A program made the position numbers and the translations under genes. Source: the human T2T-CHM13v2.0 reference genome, Homo sapiens. Taken from it: a DNA stretch of 64,000 nucleotides. Of this stretch, positions 1 to 13,200 are shown piece by piece. The DNA is taken from NCBI RefSeq assembly GCF_009914755.1, contig NC_060929.1. One strand, given 5' to 3'. Every line of letters begins with the position of its first letter. Position 1 is the first letter of the stretch. The notes beneath the pieces are model-generated. The model was given only the letters and a program-made list of their open reading frames with translations. It was not told where the DNA came from and made no database searches.

Positions 1-1211
1 TTGCCCCTTTTCTATTCCCTTTTGTTCAAAATTTTCATTAATATATTTGGAACACTAAGCAAATATAGTGGAAGGTAGTTTATTTTCTGCTGCTTGTCTA
101 TGAATTGGTAAAGACAGACGAAATGAATTGGAGAGAGGATGTGGGACTCAATAACTGAGTTTATTCCTGAAGTTTAACTCCTCGTTCAATCAAACTTGAA
201 TGTTCGCCACAATGCCGCTACATAGAGATTCAAAAGGTTTTCATTAATGAACCAAGGTGAAAAATGCCCAGATATTTCTTTTCACTTAGTTTTCTGTAGC
301 TGATCTTTTTTATTTAAAAAAAGGAGGGAAAAAACCTACATCTAGTCTATCACTTGTAAGAGATATAATGAAAACACACAATTTTAAAAAACTTTTTTTC
401 CTAGGATACTTAAGAGTAATGTTTCAAATGCTAATGAATATTTGTTCGTCAACATTTATGAGCAATGGTAGGATTCTAATACTATTCGAATCAAATGCTC
501 ACATTTGATGCTTTTCCAGAAGCAGATTACGTTAATTCATTTTGCTTTAATTTCAAAAGGAAGGTTTAAGATTGAGTTTTGACTTCATGGCTAACTGGCA
601 TAGGAATGTAGAGAAAACCAGAATTACCTCAGCTGAACTACAGGGCGTGTGTGTGTTTTCCTTTGATTTTAGTAGTATTACAAATTCCACAAGAGATTTT
701 TACTAAAATGGAGGTTTGATACCCAGGATTTGAATTAGATGTGCCACTTCTGTGAGACTATGAGATAATGAGAGACATAATCTGTAAATGTCATCAATAA
801 CATGGCTAACAGAAGTTATATAGATGCTATTTTAAAGATAAGAATTTCCATTAGATGCACACAGATAAATGATTAGTGAAATAGTTTCCTAACTTAAAAA
901 ATATACTGAAGTGAAATAATTTATATTCTTAATTTTAAGAATTCATGGGAAGAAAGAAAATCTCAGTTTGTGTTTATAAAATCTTAATTCTAATAAATGT
1001 ATGTTTACAGTTTATGTTGCTCTGAAAATATCTCAATGAAAAATGTTTTCAAGTATAAACTAAATGTTTAATGAAATAAGTTTTATTTATAAAGAAATGC
1101 ATACTGTTTTAAGGTGCCATTTTCTCCATTTTTTTTTGGCTTAATTAGCCTAGGGTTGATTCTTTACATAAAATAAGTTTTGCGATAGATAGGTGTCAAA
1201 ATATAATGTGC

Positions 1212-1630
1212 AAAGGATCTTACAGGTACTTTAGTCTGAACCCCCTCCCAATCAAAGAATCCCCCTGACCCAGCCAATAATTAGCTACTAAATCAATCAG
1301 CTAGTAACAGTGGACACTGTATTTTGCAATCTGTTCCATGTTTGAGCATTTCCAAATTGCTATAACGATCTTACTTTTATTAACTGTATATCTGAATCTC
1401 GTGAATCATCACCCATTGGTTCTAATAGGAATTTTCCTTCAGTCTAAAATTTTAAACCAGTTCCATGTCTCCTTGGAGTATTTTTTCCCTTCAGGATTAA
1501 TGCCTACATTTTCTTGAACTCTTCCTTGTTCAGTTTATCCTCTGCTGGAACGTCTCTGCTTTATCAATATCTTTTTGAAATACAGCATACAGGATGGAGC
1601 ACAATACTCTTATGGAACCTCACCAGTTTT
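1212..1630 (-). mobile_element. Degenerate L3/CR1-like LINE fragment
   Basis: Weak resemblance to the recalled antisense CR1/L3 3' region (e.g. 'aatctgttccatgtttgagc', 'gagcacaatactct'). Boundaries approximate. Confidence 0.4.
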
Positions 1631-1944
1631 CTCTTCCACTTCTTTTCCACAAATTATTATACTCACCAGAATTCTAAAATTGCATGCCTAGACTTCACTT
1701 TACTTTTCCCATTTATGCTTAGACTTCATCATTTTTCTACATTTAAGATTTTTCCATAAATCCAATTACTTCAAGTAATAACAATATGTAGATGACTTCT
1801 AAAAATATAGACGTCCAAATTACTCTCATGTACTTCGGTCTTACATATGTTTACATATATTTACATTACATATGTAAATATGTATCCAAGTACCATAATC
1901 TAAGCTCATCTTGGAGTCTTCTTAGGCAACTCGAAAATCTTCTC

Positions 1945-2260
1945 CTCATTCAACATACGTGTATTAATTCTTCTATGAATTTCAGATACACCAGTGATGA
2001 AAGATCTCTGCCCTATTGGGCTTATATTATAAGGCTGGAAGATGGTAAAACAAAATGAATACAATAAATAACTAAATTTTCTAGTATGCCGAACAATAAG
2101 TGTTACAAATATAATGGACACTAGAGCAGGGTCCTAGGAATCAGAAGGACTGATGAAGATAGTAATGGTAAGTCTTACCAAAGAAATAACATTTGAACAA
2201 GAATTGAAGGACAGAGGGAGTTGGAAGAGATACACTTTGTATCCTAGTTGAGAGAAATTC
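1945..2260 (-). mobile_element. L2 LINE 3' fragment
   Basis: Starts with 'tcattcaaca', the antisense L2 3' terminus, and later has 'aacatttgaacaagaattgaagga'. Highly diverged. Confidence 0.4.
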
Positions 2261-2454
2261 TGGAAGAGTAATCCAAATGTAAACAATCTAAAACGGGGGA
2301 AAAACAGGCAAGGCAATTATACATGCACCCTGCTGCATAAGTAAATAAATTACAAGCAAAGCAAAATATTAAAACTAGCTAAATGTCATCAACCGATTTA
2401 GCCAATGACTTAGCTAATTCACCAAGAATGTAGAAGCAATGAAAAGAGACATTC

Positions 2455-3860
2455 CTCGTCTTCTCTTCTCCTTGCCTCTGTGTTCATATAGTCTATCTTT
2501 CCTCATTTCCAGTTTCATCTCATTCTCCTTTGCTTGTTCCCAACTGTCAACACTGGAGTAATCCTCTTTTCAGTCCTTAGGTCTCTTTTCTATTGAGCGA
2601 TCGCTTTTTTGGTGACCTCATCCAGTATCGTGAATTTTTATAGTCATGCCATTTATAGGCTGATGACCCTCTCCTCAATTATTTTAGGTTTGCTCCAGAC
2701 ATTCTCTATGAATACCATACACGACATGTCTGACTACTTACTGAAAATATTCACTTGAATGTTGTGATAGGTAGAATCCTTCCCCAACGATGTCTACCCC
2801 TTCATTTTCCAAATGTGTGAATACACACTATGACTTGGCAAAAGAGGCTCCAAAGACGTAACTAATATTATGAATGTAGCCCATTAATATGTACAATTAT
2901 TTGTCAATTAAATGCAAATAAATTTAATTGTTTCAAAAAGATTACAAATCATATGATAGGGCTCAAATTATCTAGGTTAGTCCAATCCAATGACTTGAGC
3001 CTTTAAAAGTATTGACCTTTTACTGACTGTAGATAGAGTTACGTAGCAGCAGAAGGCTGAGAGATTTTAAGTTTGAGAGGGACATGACATTCCATTGCTA
3101 TTCTAATATAGTGGGCCATAGGCAAAGACCAGAGCGAGGCCTCTAAGGGCTAAGGGTGGCTTCCAGCTGAAACCTAGTAAGAAAATGGAGACCTCAATTC
3201 TAAATCTATAAGAAACTGAATTCTCTCAATATCTTGAATGAGCTTGGAAGTGGATTACTACTTGGAGACTCTAGAACAAAAGGAAGCCCTGTCTGACAGC
3301 ACCTTGATTTTGATCTTATGAGACCCAGAAGAGAAGATCCATCTGAGAGCCACAATGTGCCTAGATGTCTACACTGTGAAAATGGAAGATAATTAATGCA
3401 TGTGGTTTTAAGTCAAGAAGTCTCTGGTGATTTGTTATGGTAGCAATAGGATATCAATATAAATATTTAATTGGCATCTTAGCAATAGAAAATTAAGATA
3501 AATATGTAATGGTCATCTAAAATTTCACGTTCCAAACCAAATTTTATATATTACAAACTCCTAGTTTACTTCCAAACTATTATTTTCCAGTCCTTCCCAT
3601 GGCAGTAAACAGCAACTCTGTCTTTTAGTAGGTCAGACCAAAGGCCTTGGAATCATCCCTGAGTTCTTTCTAGTAGATGACCAGTTTTCAACACCACCCT
3701 GCTGACACTTTGTCTATCATATCTTAATTGCCTTATTGCAATAGTCTCCTAAGTAATCTAGCTGCCTCTGTCTTTGACCCTTCAATCTATTCTCATACTT
3801 CTAAATTGTTAGTCAAATCTTGTTTCTCAGTAGCTCAAATTTTCCAGTGGGTTCAATACA
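2455..3860 (+). mobile_element. L2 LINE fragment split by an MLT1 LTR
   Basis: L2-like motifs 'ggtgacctcatccag', 'gctgatgacc' and 'attcacttgaatgt' lie before 2763. 'ggcagtaaacagcaactc' and 'ccttggaatcatccctga' lie after 3461. Confidence 0.55.
2763..3461 (+). mobile_element. MLT1E-like MaLR solo LTR
   Basis: TG start; MLT1 motifs 'aagaaaatggagacctca', 'gaatgagcttggaagtggatt' and 'caccttgatt'; 3' end 'tgatttgttatggtagcaatagg...aata'. Confidence 0.75.
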
Positions 3861-5412
3861 GACAATAATTTTTGTTAATGACCTGAAAAATGCTGAGACA
3901 CTAGGCAGAGACACTGAAGACCAAAGAAAGGGGATATCATGAAATCATAAATTCTGCTGTTTCCTATTAACCAGGTTTTAAATCTGTTCTTAACAAAACT
4001 ACAAAAATAAGTATTTTGGGAATTCTTATTTAGAGGTTAGAAACAGAGATGGTTTGGTTTATTCTTCGGTATGATTTGAATAAATTTAAAGAAAAACAAA
4101 AATAATTACTCACCTTGGAAGAATAAGATTAAGGGGTACAGGGAAAAGGAGGCTTGCTTTTTGGTTGATGTTCTTCATTGCTATATATTTTTACAGCTAT
4201 CATGTATTTTATTTATATTAAAAATACTTTAAGAAGTTGAGTTTTATTCTGGGCATCTTGGTCTTCAAACATAAGTAGAAGTAGAAAAATAAGAGATTAA
4301 ATTATATAAATTTGTCCAACTAGTTAGTTAAATGGAATAATTTATATCAAAGACTTATGTTTTCCAGTACAATGAAAGGAACTTCACTCTTTGAATGTTA
4401 AAAAAAAAATCAACTTTTAAAATTAAACCACTTGTTTGAACTCCTTTTGCATATGTGGCAAGTGATATTGAAATAAATCCAACCAAACAAATATTCATTA
4501 AGAACAATAAATTTCCAAAGAGATGTAAAAGGTAAAAAAAGTAATCTATTGTGCTTAGGGGGAAAAAACAATATAATGTATATATATAAAAATATATCAA
4601 CATCATAAATATATTGGTTGTGATTTCAAATGAAAAAATAATAAAGTAATTAAGCACTATTTAGATGTATAATTAGACATATAATTAGTACCTAGTATTG
4701 ACTGTAAAATATCTAATTTTAATAATTTGAAATGGGACTAATTTTATACTGCTATGAAATAATTTACCGAGGGCCAATATAAAATCTTCTTAAAATTGTA
4801 AAGAATATGTTAAATGACAGATTTGAAACAGCTTTGATAAAATAATAGCAAAAATTGAAATAGTAGTCTGTAACTATGTGAAGTTGTAATAAAAGAATTT
4901 TAAAAACAATTTTGCAAAAGCTTTTAAATATTCAAGCAAATTTAAATGTTAACACGTTCTTTGTTTTTTAGTATACTTTACTGGAAAGTATGCTGAAAAT
5001 GCAGTTAAAGGATGTTTCCTATTTTTTTACTGTAAGGAAGTTACAAAAATCATGGTTTTAAAATGTGGATAAGTATCTGGAAGTTGTGAATAGTTAAATG
5101 TCTCAATTCCAGGGGTAAAGAACATTCTATTTAGGGGCAGATTGAAAGATAGACATTTAAAGGGTTTATTTCAATTTCTTTTTAAGTTAAGGATCACGAC
5201 GTCAACCACAATTTGAATTTAAATGTAAAAATACATTTATATTCAGAAATTGAAGTAATTTGACCAACTGCAACAGTACATTTATATCACAGAATAGAAT
5301 AAAAAAGCTAATTTATATGCACGGTAAATTAAGCATTGGAACACATATATTTATATATATGTGTATGAAATATATATACACTTTTTAAATATTCAAGAAA
5401 TTAAATGTTAAC

Positions 5413-5627
5413 GTATTCTTTTGTCTTTTTTCTTTTAATAAGCTGTCTCTCAAACTCTCTCCCTCTCAATACACACATACACACACTTATGTTCATATAC
5501 ATATATGGAAAAAAAAGCTTTCACTCAAACGGCTTTTGAACCCAGGTAAGATGTGAACATATGTGTGTGTGTGTACTGAGAGACAGAAAGTTTGAGAGAG
5601 AGCTTGTTAAAAGGAAAAAGAGAATAC
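5413..5627. repeat. Imperfect inverted repeat (arms 5413-5498 and 5551-5627)
   Basis: The reverse complement of the right arm (tattctctttttccttttaacaagctctctctcaaactttctgtctctcagtacacacacacacatatgttcacat) aligns along the left arm. Confidence 0.85.
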
Positions 5628-6932
5628 AAAAAAATATCTAAAATACCATTTTCAAACAGTTTTTATTTTAAGCTTACCTGGGTTCTATTCAAAAAGCCAT
5701 TTAAAGCAAAAGGAAACAGTGATGAATAACTTCTCATAGCAATCTCAGATTTTCCATCTCTTGCTTTTCTTTGCTTTTTTGTTGTTGTTATTAACTCTTT
5801 CCTTTCCACACACTAACTACACAGATACTAAGCCAGACAAGATATTAGGCCATTCAGATAAAATTATGATGCAATACAGAATGCAACCTAAAGAAGCTAA
5901 TAGATTCATGGAGAAAGACAAACAAATGGATACTTTCAGTAAAATATCAGAAATGCTATGATGTGCAGAGGCACAGGAAACCAATAGGAGCATATAGAAA
6001 ACAGTAAGGTTAGAAAGTAAACAGATGTGTTCAAATGAACTACCTCACCCAGAAACAGGTATGTAATGTCCAGTTTACACCGTACAATTGGTTTCCAAAA
6101 ATTGATTTTGAACATAACACTTTATACTAAGACTTTTAATGTGAAATCATTACATGTATATCATTATAATATTATATTTTCAGTTTATCTAGTTTTCAAA
6201 TTTTAATGGTTTGTGACATAACATAGTCACATAGCCCATATTTACTATTTACTGGCATCTCTCTCTCTTTTACAAAATCATTGAGAGGCAGTTCCATTAA
6301 TAAAAGAATAAATGAATACATAATTTATATAAAATATAACAAAATATTTAATATGTATGTAAATAATTTCATATATGCACCTATACTTAGATACATTTAG
6401 CAATTTATATGATTAATTATATTACTTATTAGATTCCTTCTAATATACAATTATATGTACTATATAATTGTATGTGATATGATAATATGTAATAATACAT
6501 ATTCCCTTATTTAATTTTCTGGTTTCATTTTTTTATATGTATGTGGCATCACATTATTACTAAATTCTGTAGTAGTTTATGTTTTTCTATTTTTAAATCA
6601 TTATTTGAAATCTACCTTATCTTTCATATTTAGGTATATATAATGTATGCACATTCTTTGATATTAAAACAATATAATTGCTTCTTGCTAATTATATGTA
6701 TATTTTCTAGTAATAAATATATAATTGCTTAAGAAATGAAGCCTTTCTAGTCATGATCCAAAAAAGAGAGAACATAAGACTATATTATACAATATAATAA
6801 GAAAGAAAATATACATAGTGGAAAATCAAACAAGAAAAGCATATATAGTATGTACATAATATGCATATAATTTATAATATTTATATTTATAATGCATATA
6901 TATGTATAAATACCTATGTGTACATTCACATA

Positions 6933-6934
<2 letters not shown>

Positions 6935-6980
<46 letters not shown>
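6935..6980. repeat. Compound (TG)n(TA)n microsatellite
   Basis: Directly visible. Confidence 0.95.
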
Positions 6981-7382
6981 AAATAGAGCATGTAGGTGAG
7001 TAGCTATCTATTTAATCAGGGGCATTAATTAATATTCAAGTCATCTTTATATTTTTCACATGTCAAAATCTAAGAGGGGTTATGAAATCTGCTGCAACTA
7101 TTGTGTTTCAATCAAGTTCTCTTTCTTTTTCTAACAATTTCCATTGAAATGCAATGTTATATAGCATATGGGTTTTTAGAAAGTTACATTTTATTGTGCA
7201 TTGTTGTCTATTGATATAGAATGACTGTTTCCTTTTAATTTGATATAAATGTTGTATTTCCTCCTTTTTTGTCTCATACACCTCAGATATTATTCTTTAA
7301 AATTGTGTTCAATTATTTTAGATTTATTTATAAATTCATAAACTGATTTCATATTTTCAGTCAATCTACAATGCATATTTTC

Positions 7383-8246
7383 TTTTTTTTTTTTTTTATT
7401 ATACTCTAAGTTTTAGGGTACATGTGCACATTGTGCAGGTTAGTTACATATGTATACATGTGCCATGCTGGTGCGCTACACCCACTAATGTGTCATCTAG
7501 CATTAGGTATATCTCCCAATGCTATCCCTCCCCCCTCCCCCGACCCCACCACAGTCCCCAGAGTGTGATATTCCCCTTCCTGTGTCCATGTGATCTCATT
7601 GTTCAATTCCCACCTATGAGTGAGAATATGCGGTGTTTGGTTTTTTGTTCTTGCGATAGTTTACTGAGAATGATGGTTTCCAATTTCATCCATGTCCCTA
7701 CAAAGGATATGAACTCATCATTTTTTATGGCTGCATAGTATTCCATGGTGTATATGTGCCACATTTTCTTAATCCAGTCTATCATTGTTGGACATTTGGG
7801 TTGGTTCCAAATCTTTGCTATTGTGAATAGTGCCGCAATAAACATACGTGTGCATGTGTCTTTATAGCAGCATGATTTATACTCATTTGGGTATATACCC
7901 AGTAATGGGATGGCTGGGTCAAATGGTATTTCTAGTTCTAGATCCCTGAGGAATCGCCACACTGACTTCCACAATGGTTGAAGTAGTTTACAGTCCCACC
8001 AACAGTGTAAAAGTGTTCCTATTTCTCCGCATCCTCTCCAGCACCTGTTGTTTCCTGACTTTTTAATGATTGCCATTCTAACTGGTGTGAGATGATATCT
8101 CATAGTGGTTTTGATTTGCATTTCTCTGATGGCCAGTGATGATGAGCATTTCTTCATGTGTTTTTTGGCTGCATGAATGTCTTCTTTTGAGAAGTGTCTG
8201 TTCATGTCCTTCGCCCACTTTTTGATGGGGTTGTTTGTTTTTTCTT
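7383..8246 (-). mobile_element. 5'-truncated L1HS, Ta-1 subset (~860 bp, ORF2 C-terminus + 3'UTR + polyA)
   Basis: Minus strand reads GATGAC-ACA-TTAG (ACA at 7489-7491), CTTAGAGTAT (G at 7406) and CCCAAATGAGTAT (T at 7885, G at 7882). ORF 7603-8205 encodes an uninterrupted ORF2 C-terminus with GIYPNEYK and DEFISF. Poly-T at 7383-7397; short TSD ttttctt. Confidence 0.93.
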
Positions 8247-10500
8247 AACAAGATAATTTAACTTACTCTTACAGAGGTTTCTTGGTGGTGTTCTTTTGTT
8301 TGCTTATCATGTTTTCATACTCTTTTTTCTCAATTTGCATTTTAGTCTCTTTTCCTTAATTTCTATGTTCTCCAGTATTTTGATAAATACTGTTTTAAAA
8401 CAAATGAGTAATAACCTTCCTTTAAAGGCTTCAAAATGATTTTTTAAAAACACCAATCTAATTAACAAAGTCAGAACACAGTCACTTTGATCAATTTAAT
8501 TTACTCTTCTCCCTTTGAAAAAATCAGATTTAGAGACTATGCTAAATGTACATTCCTGGGGGCATGCCGTGATCAAATAAAGACTTTTGGAATGAAGTCC
8601 AGGCTGGAGCAAAATCCAGGAGAAGGGAGCAAAACCTGGGAGAAGGGAGAGTAAAGAAGGGAATTAGAAAACCAAAGAGTCAGTGACTGAATGTGTTAAG
8701 TTCTGTGGCATCCCTCTGTCCTCCAAGATTTCACAAAGCCTCCAGAAATATCATGTGGTGGCCTTGCCGATGCTGTTCTTTAGCACTTTCTCTGTGTTTT
8801 TCCTGCAGATCATCTTCATGCACTCTGTACATAACTGCTATTTATCTTCACCTTCAGATCCAACACCCATGCCAGAGAGGCTTCAAACCCCTCAGTTGCA
8901 TATTCTCAAAGCCCTCTGTACTTTTTCTCTATGAAACCTAAGAGAACAGTACTTAGGGTTTGTGTAATTATGTCTGCCTCTCCTTAACTGTATAAACTCC
9001 ATGAGGGCAGAAATTGAAGTCATTTGAACACATTCAATAGTATGTTTCTTCTAGAGAATAAGGTTACTAATTTATATGCATGACAAATTTAGATGAAGGC
9101 AGGTACTCTGTTTAATTTCTGCAGTGTTTGCTCACTGTTGCATAGTATAGAGGTCACAATCATTGAATAGCCATTGAATGAATATGCAACTATTAAAAAG
9201 TGATGTATATTTATTGATATGAATATATTTCTCATTGTGTAATGAGAAAAAGCAAATTATAAAGCAGCATGCATTTATATCAGATTTTGTTTAAAAATAG
9301 TTATATTGAACATATCATTATATTAAATATGTACAGCAGCGTATGCCTGTCTGAACAAACTATACAAAATTAGAAATTATATTTATGTCTGGATGATGTA
9401 ATTAGAGCTGATAATTTTATTCTTATTCTTTCTTAAGTTGTTTTTGTTTCTTCACACCTTCCAAATATTTTATGAATCTGCATTAATCTTCCAATTAGAA
9501 AATCAAAATTGATTTTGGAAATGAAAATATGTTGGTAATAGGGTTTAAATTTGAAGAAAAATAGAATTACCCATCCATCACAACACCCAAAAAGAAAGAA
9601 ACACACTTTTGAAATCCCTAAAGGATGAATTGAAATTTTGATAATCTAGAGTCAGAATTTTCAAGAAATAGGGAGTTGTTGCAGACCAGGGTATTGATAG
9701 TAGGAACCTAAAATAGAGAAGTAATGTATGAATGAATAACTGAACAAGACACCAGATATTGCAGAACTGGAACTGACTACACATTCAACATGATTGTGTG
9801 GCTGGAAAGACAGTGGCTTGAACAGTCTTTAGACAGTGATCCTAAGAGTATTTTGTACAATCAGAAAGAATGTGAATTTTCAGGCATATAGAAAAAGACT
9901 ATAACACCAGTTTCTTGGTCCCTTTCATATTTTAAAATTTAGATACATTCAATATATTTCAAAATAAACCTAACATCTAACAAGTCTTCATACTACTCTT
10001 CAGACAGGGCTTCCTCAGCATCCTTGCCTATCACCCAAAATATAAGCAGGCTGTGTCCAGCTAGCTGCAGCACACAAACTTTGCCACAAGCATTTTCCTC
10101 AATGATTCCATCATGCAGAGTGGCCTACTCCTCTTAAAATAGCACCCATAATGCCTACTAAATATTGTATGATGTCTTTTGTCTCTGCCTCAACTGATGG
10201 AAGAAAAACTCAATTTGCTAGACCCAAGTGTCAAAAGAAGCAAGTTCATTACTATTGTTCTTCAGGTCTCATGAGGGAACTCTAAATATTGTCTAACTCA
10301 TCTAATGTTGTTTGTCTCATTTTTGTTACCTAAACTTAGTGTAATACATAAATATTTCACTCACCTTTCAAATTTATCTGTGTTTTTAAGTGTCCTTGTA
10401 GATGCATGACTTGATGTTTCTTTGTATTCTTTTTTCCAAGGGAAAAGAGAGATGTTGAATTCCTTTCTGTATCTACTCTATTCCTGCTCTTCCGTATCTT

Positions 10501-10821
10501 TTTAAAAATTTATTTATTTATTTATTTATTTATTTATTTGAGACAGGGTCTTGCTCTGTCACCCAGGAGTGCAGTGGAATAATCTCAGCTCACAGCAGCC
10601 TCCACCTCCCAGGTTCAAGCGATTTTCTTGCCACAGCCTCCTGAGTAGCTGGGATTATAGGCGTGCACCACCACGCCCGGCTAATTTTTGTATTTTTAGC
10701 AGAACCGAGGTTTCACCATGTAGGTGGGCCAGGCTGGTCTCGAACACCTGACCTCAAGTAATCTGCCTGCCTCGGCCTCTCAAAGTGCTGGGATTACAGA
10801 CATGAGTCACTGTGTCCTGCC
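10501..10821 (-). mobile_element. AluS (Sx/Sz-like)
   Basis: Full dimeric Alu antisense with a (TTTA)n tail. TSD-like ccgtatctt (10492-10500) / cagtatctt (10822-10830). Confidence 0.92.
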
Positions 10822-10854
10822 CAGTATCTTAAGCCAATGTCAAGGATAATGATA

Positions 10855-11045
10855 GCAGTAATAATAAAAAAAAATATGATTGTGTGATGGTTATGCTGTT
10901 TTGTGCACTCTAACAAATCATATTCATTACTGCAGTTTTATAGATAAGATTAATTGAGAGACTTCCAGTTTGCACAGGCTAGAGAACAAGCATTCGATCT
11001 CGAGGGTTTTAAGCCTCAATGCCCATGCCCTAAACTTCTTCTGTC
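10855..11045 (-). mobile_element. MIR SINE relic
   Basis: 'ttttatagataagattaattgag...cacaggctagagaacaagcattcga...cccatgccctaaac' resembles the antisense MIR core. Confidence 0.45.
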
Positions 11046-11645
11046 TTCACCCACCCTGTTTTTCTTCTCTGGATAACTAGCTGTTTTACACTGTACTTAG
11101 CATCTCAGGAAATTGTGAACAATAGAGCTGATGGTGTGGAAAATATTCTTCTGAAGAATGGCAGGAATATGAACTGTGGCAAATAAGATCTCTGGAAGAA
11201 CTAGATCTACAACAAACACCAATAGTAGCCGAGATAAACTAGAGATAATAGCGTCTCTTCTTTTTAGATACGTACACATTCTACCACAGAAACTATAATG
11301 GAAGGAGAATAGGAGTTGGAATAAAAAACTTCAGTATAAAACTCAGTTCCACAATTAATTGGCATAATCATGTTGGATATCACATTATGTTACATTGCTC
11401 CATACATGGCAGGCACACAAACACTTGTTTAATGATGCTTTTTAGTGAAATAGGAGTTACACGTGTAATTTATGAGTGTAAAATTCTTGCTTGCCTTCTT
11501 TAGTAGTTTAATATTTAGTACTTGTTGGTACATTGCATGTATCCAATTAATATTTATTGAGTAAACTGAATAGATGAAGACTTAAAATTTTTTAAAGACA
11601 TCTTTATCTTGACAATGGAAATACTTTTATTTTTGATTTTCAATG

Positions 11646-11722
11646 AGTGATATCAAACTAAATATATTTAATTACATGAAGTTTATTCATGAAACAGCTG
11701 TATGTTTTTTAATGGCCTGCAT
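11646..11722 (+). repeat. 77-bp direct repeat, copy 1 (copy 2 at 14972-15048)
   Basis: Ungapped manual alignment gives 68/77 identical. Confidence 0.9.
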
Positions 11723-12904
11723 GACTAAGTGGCTTAAAATATTTTAAGTTCCCAGTGCACTATATAGAATAAACTTGGTGATATATTTTAATAAATATCA
11801 AAAAAAATGCTACCTTGTCCCATAGTCCAAATTAACAAACGGACCCATCAGGTGTATTAGCGTTTATTTCTAGGCTAATTTAAACCCTATGATAAATGCA
11901 TTCTTAAGCTTGGGCCTTTAGAGGGACTTGAAATACAAGAAACAGCTCAGCTAAAAGTGTCTCAATTGCATTGCGTGAAACATATGAAAATTCTAATTAG
12001 TGAAAGTTATGCAGTGGATAACTACTGTGCATTCTAAATTATATTTATCCATTACAACTTTGTCATCAAATATTGGATATGGCCTATAGTTAGCGTCACT
12101 ATAAATTTGCATTTCAACTGGAGAAAAAGACACCTTCTTCTTGTCTTCCCTGATTAACATTTTCAAGCTCTGTAATTTTCTTGCTGCTCACAGAAACAAA
12201 GCAAGCCAAGCTCATACAGAAAGCCTATTCTCCAAGATATAAATATTTGCTATTCAGAAAACCTCAATGAGGGTTTAGTTATTTTAAACTAAAGAAAGAA
12301 AATTACTAGTAATGATTGGTTTCAGCTAACGAAATGCTTTTATGCAAATATGTGAACCCTAAATATGACCTGGAAACAAAAGACTGCTTAACAGTTACTA
12401 TTAAGCAATACATTAGTAGATCAATTAAACAGAACTTCTTTCTAATGAGTATGTGGTACAGAGGTTGCCATAGAAACCTGGAGAGGAAAAGCCCTTGAAT
12501 GCTAATTTATCATTATAAGACTGTAAAATACTATAGTTCTGTTGGTGGCTGATAGTCACTGAAATCACTTCTGAGAAACCAACTTCTTGTATTATAAAGT
12601 GGCTTTTCAAAGATAATTCTATCTCTTTACCCTTCTAGGACTATTTAGATATGCCATTTAGATACACCATCTGCCAAGGTAGCTTCTCCAGTCTGGATCT
12701 ATGTCTATAGAAAAACCCATTTTAACTAATTTTTGTATGCCTAAACTTGAGATTTCTCCAAGAGGAGAAAAATATAGAAAATTTAATCTGAATATTATCT
12801 GGACTCCTTTTTGTACAATTCTGGTGAAGTAAATCTCTAGTCTACTCCTACTCCCACAGTTTGTGTACCACAATCATAAAACTGGGCTCTACCACATGTT
12901 GCAG

Positions 12905-13200
12905 CTATGCAAGGAAAGGGGCAGACAGGATTGAGCAGAGAAGTCAAACTGCAATATAGATGGCAGCCTTGGACAGCTCCACAAGGAGGTCTGGAAATAA
13001 AATGGTTCTTTGGAGTTATACTGTGTTGAACAAAGAAAACTGGAACTTTCCTTCATCCATTTATGAGTTATTGAATACCAATTATCCCAAGAAGGAATGC
13101 CACCTAAGGAAAAGCAGCTCTCTGCTATGGATAGAAGTTTCTGACTACACTCATGGATCGTTGAAGGGGAATTGAGCAGCAAATCTGAGTGTATCACAAC
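12905..13200 (-). mobile_element. ERVL-type LTR fragment (LTR33-like)
   Basis: 'caggattgagcagagaagtcaaactgcaat...ccacaaggaggtctgga' resembles the recalled LTR33-family sequence. Family and strand uncertain. Confidence 0.35.

Noticed and set aside
4105-4155. Minus-strand pyrimidine tract + AAG|GTGAGT resembling a recursive splice site
   Set aside because: The acceptor is AAG rather than YAG, and the context looks like a decayed L1ME 3' end.
7424-8205. 200-aa and 104-aa ORFs as host genes
   Set aside because: These are the L1 ORF2 C-terminus and an antisense L1 3'UTR read-through of a promoterless truncated L1.
8606-8650. Two tandem ~20-bp units ggagcaaaa..gagaag
   Set aside because: Ordinary slippage duplication; no spacers, so not CRISPR-like.
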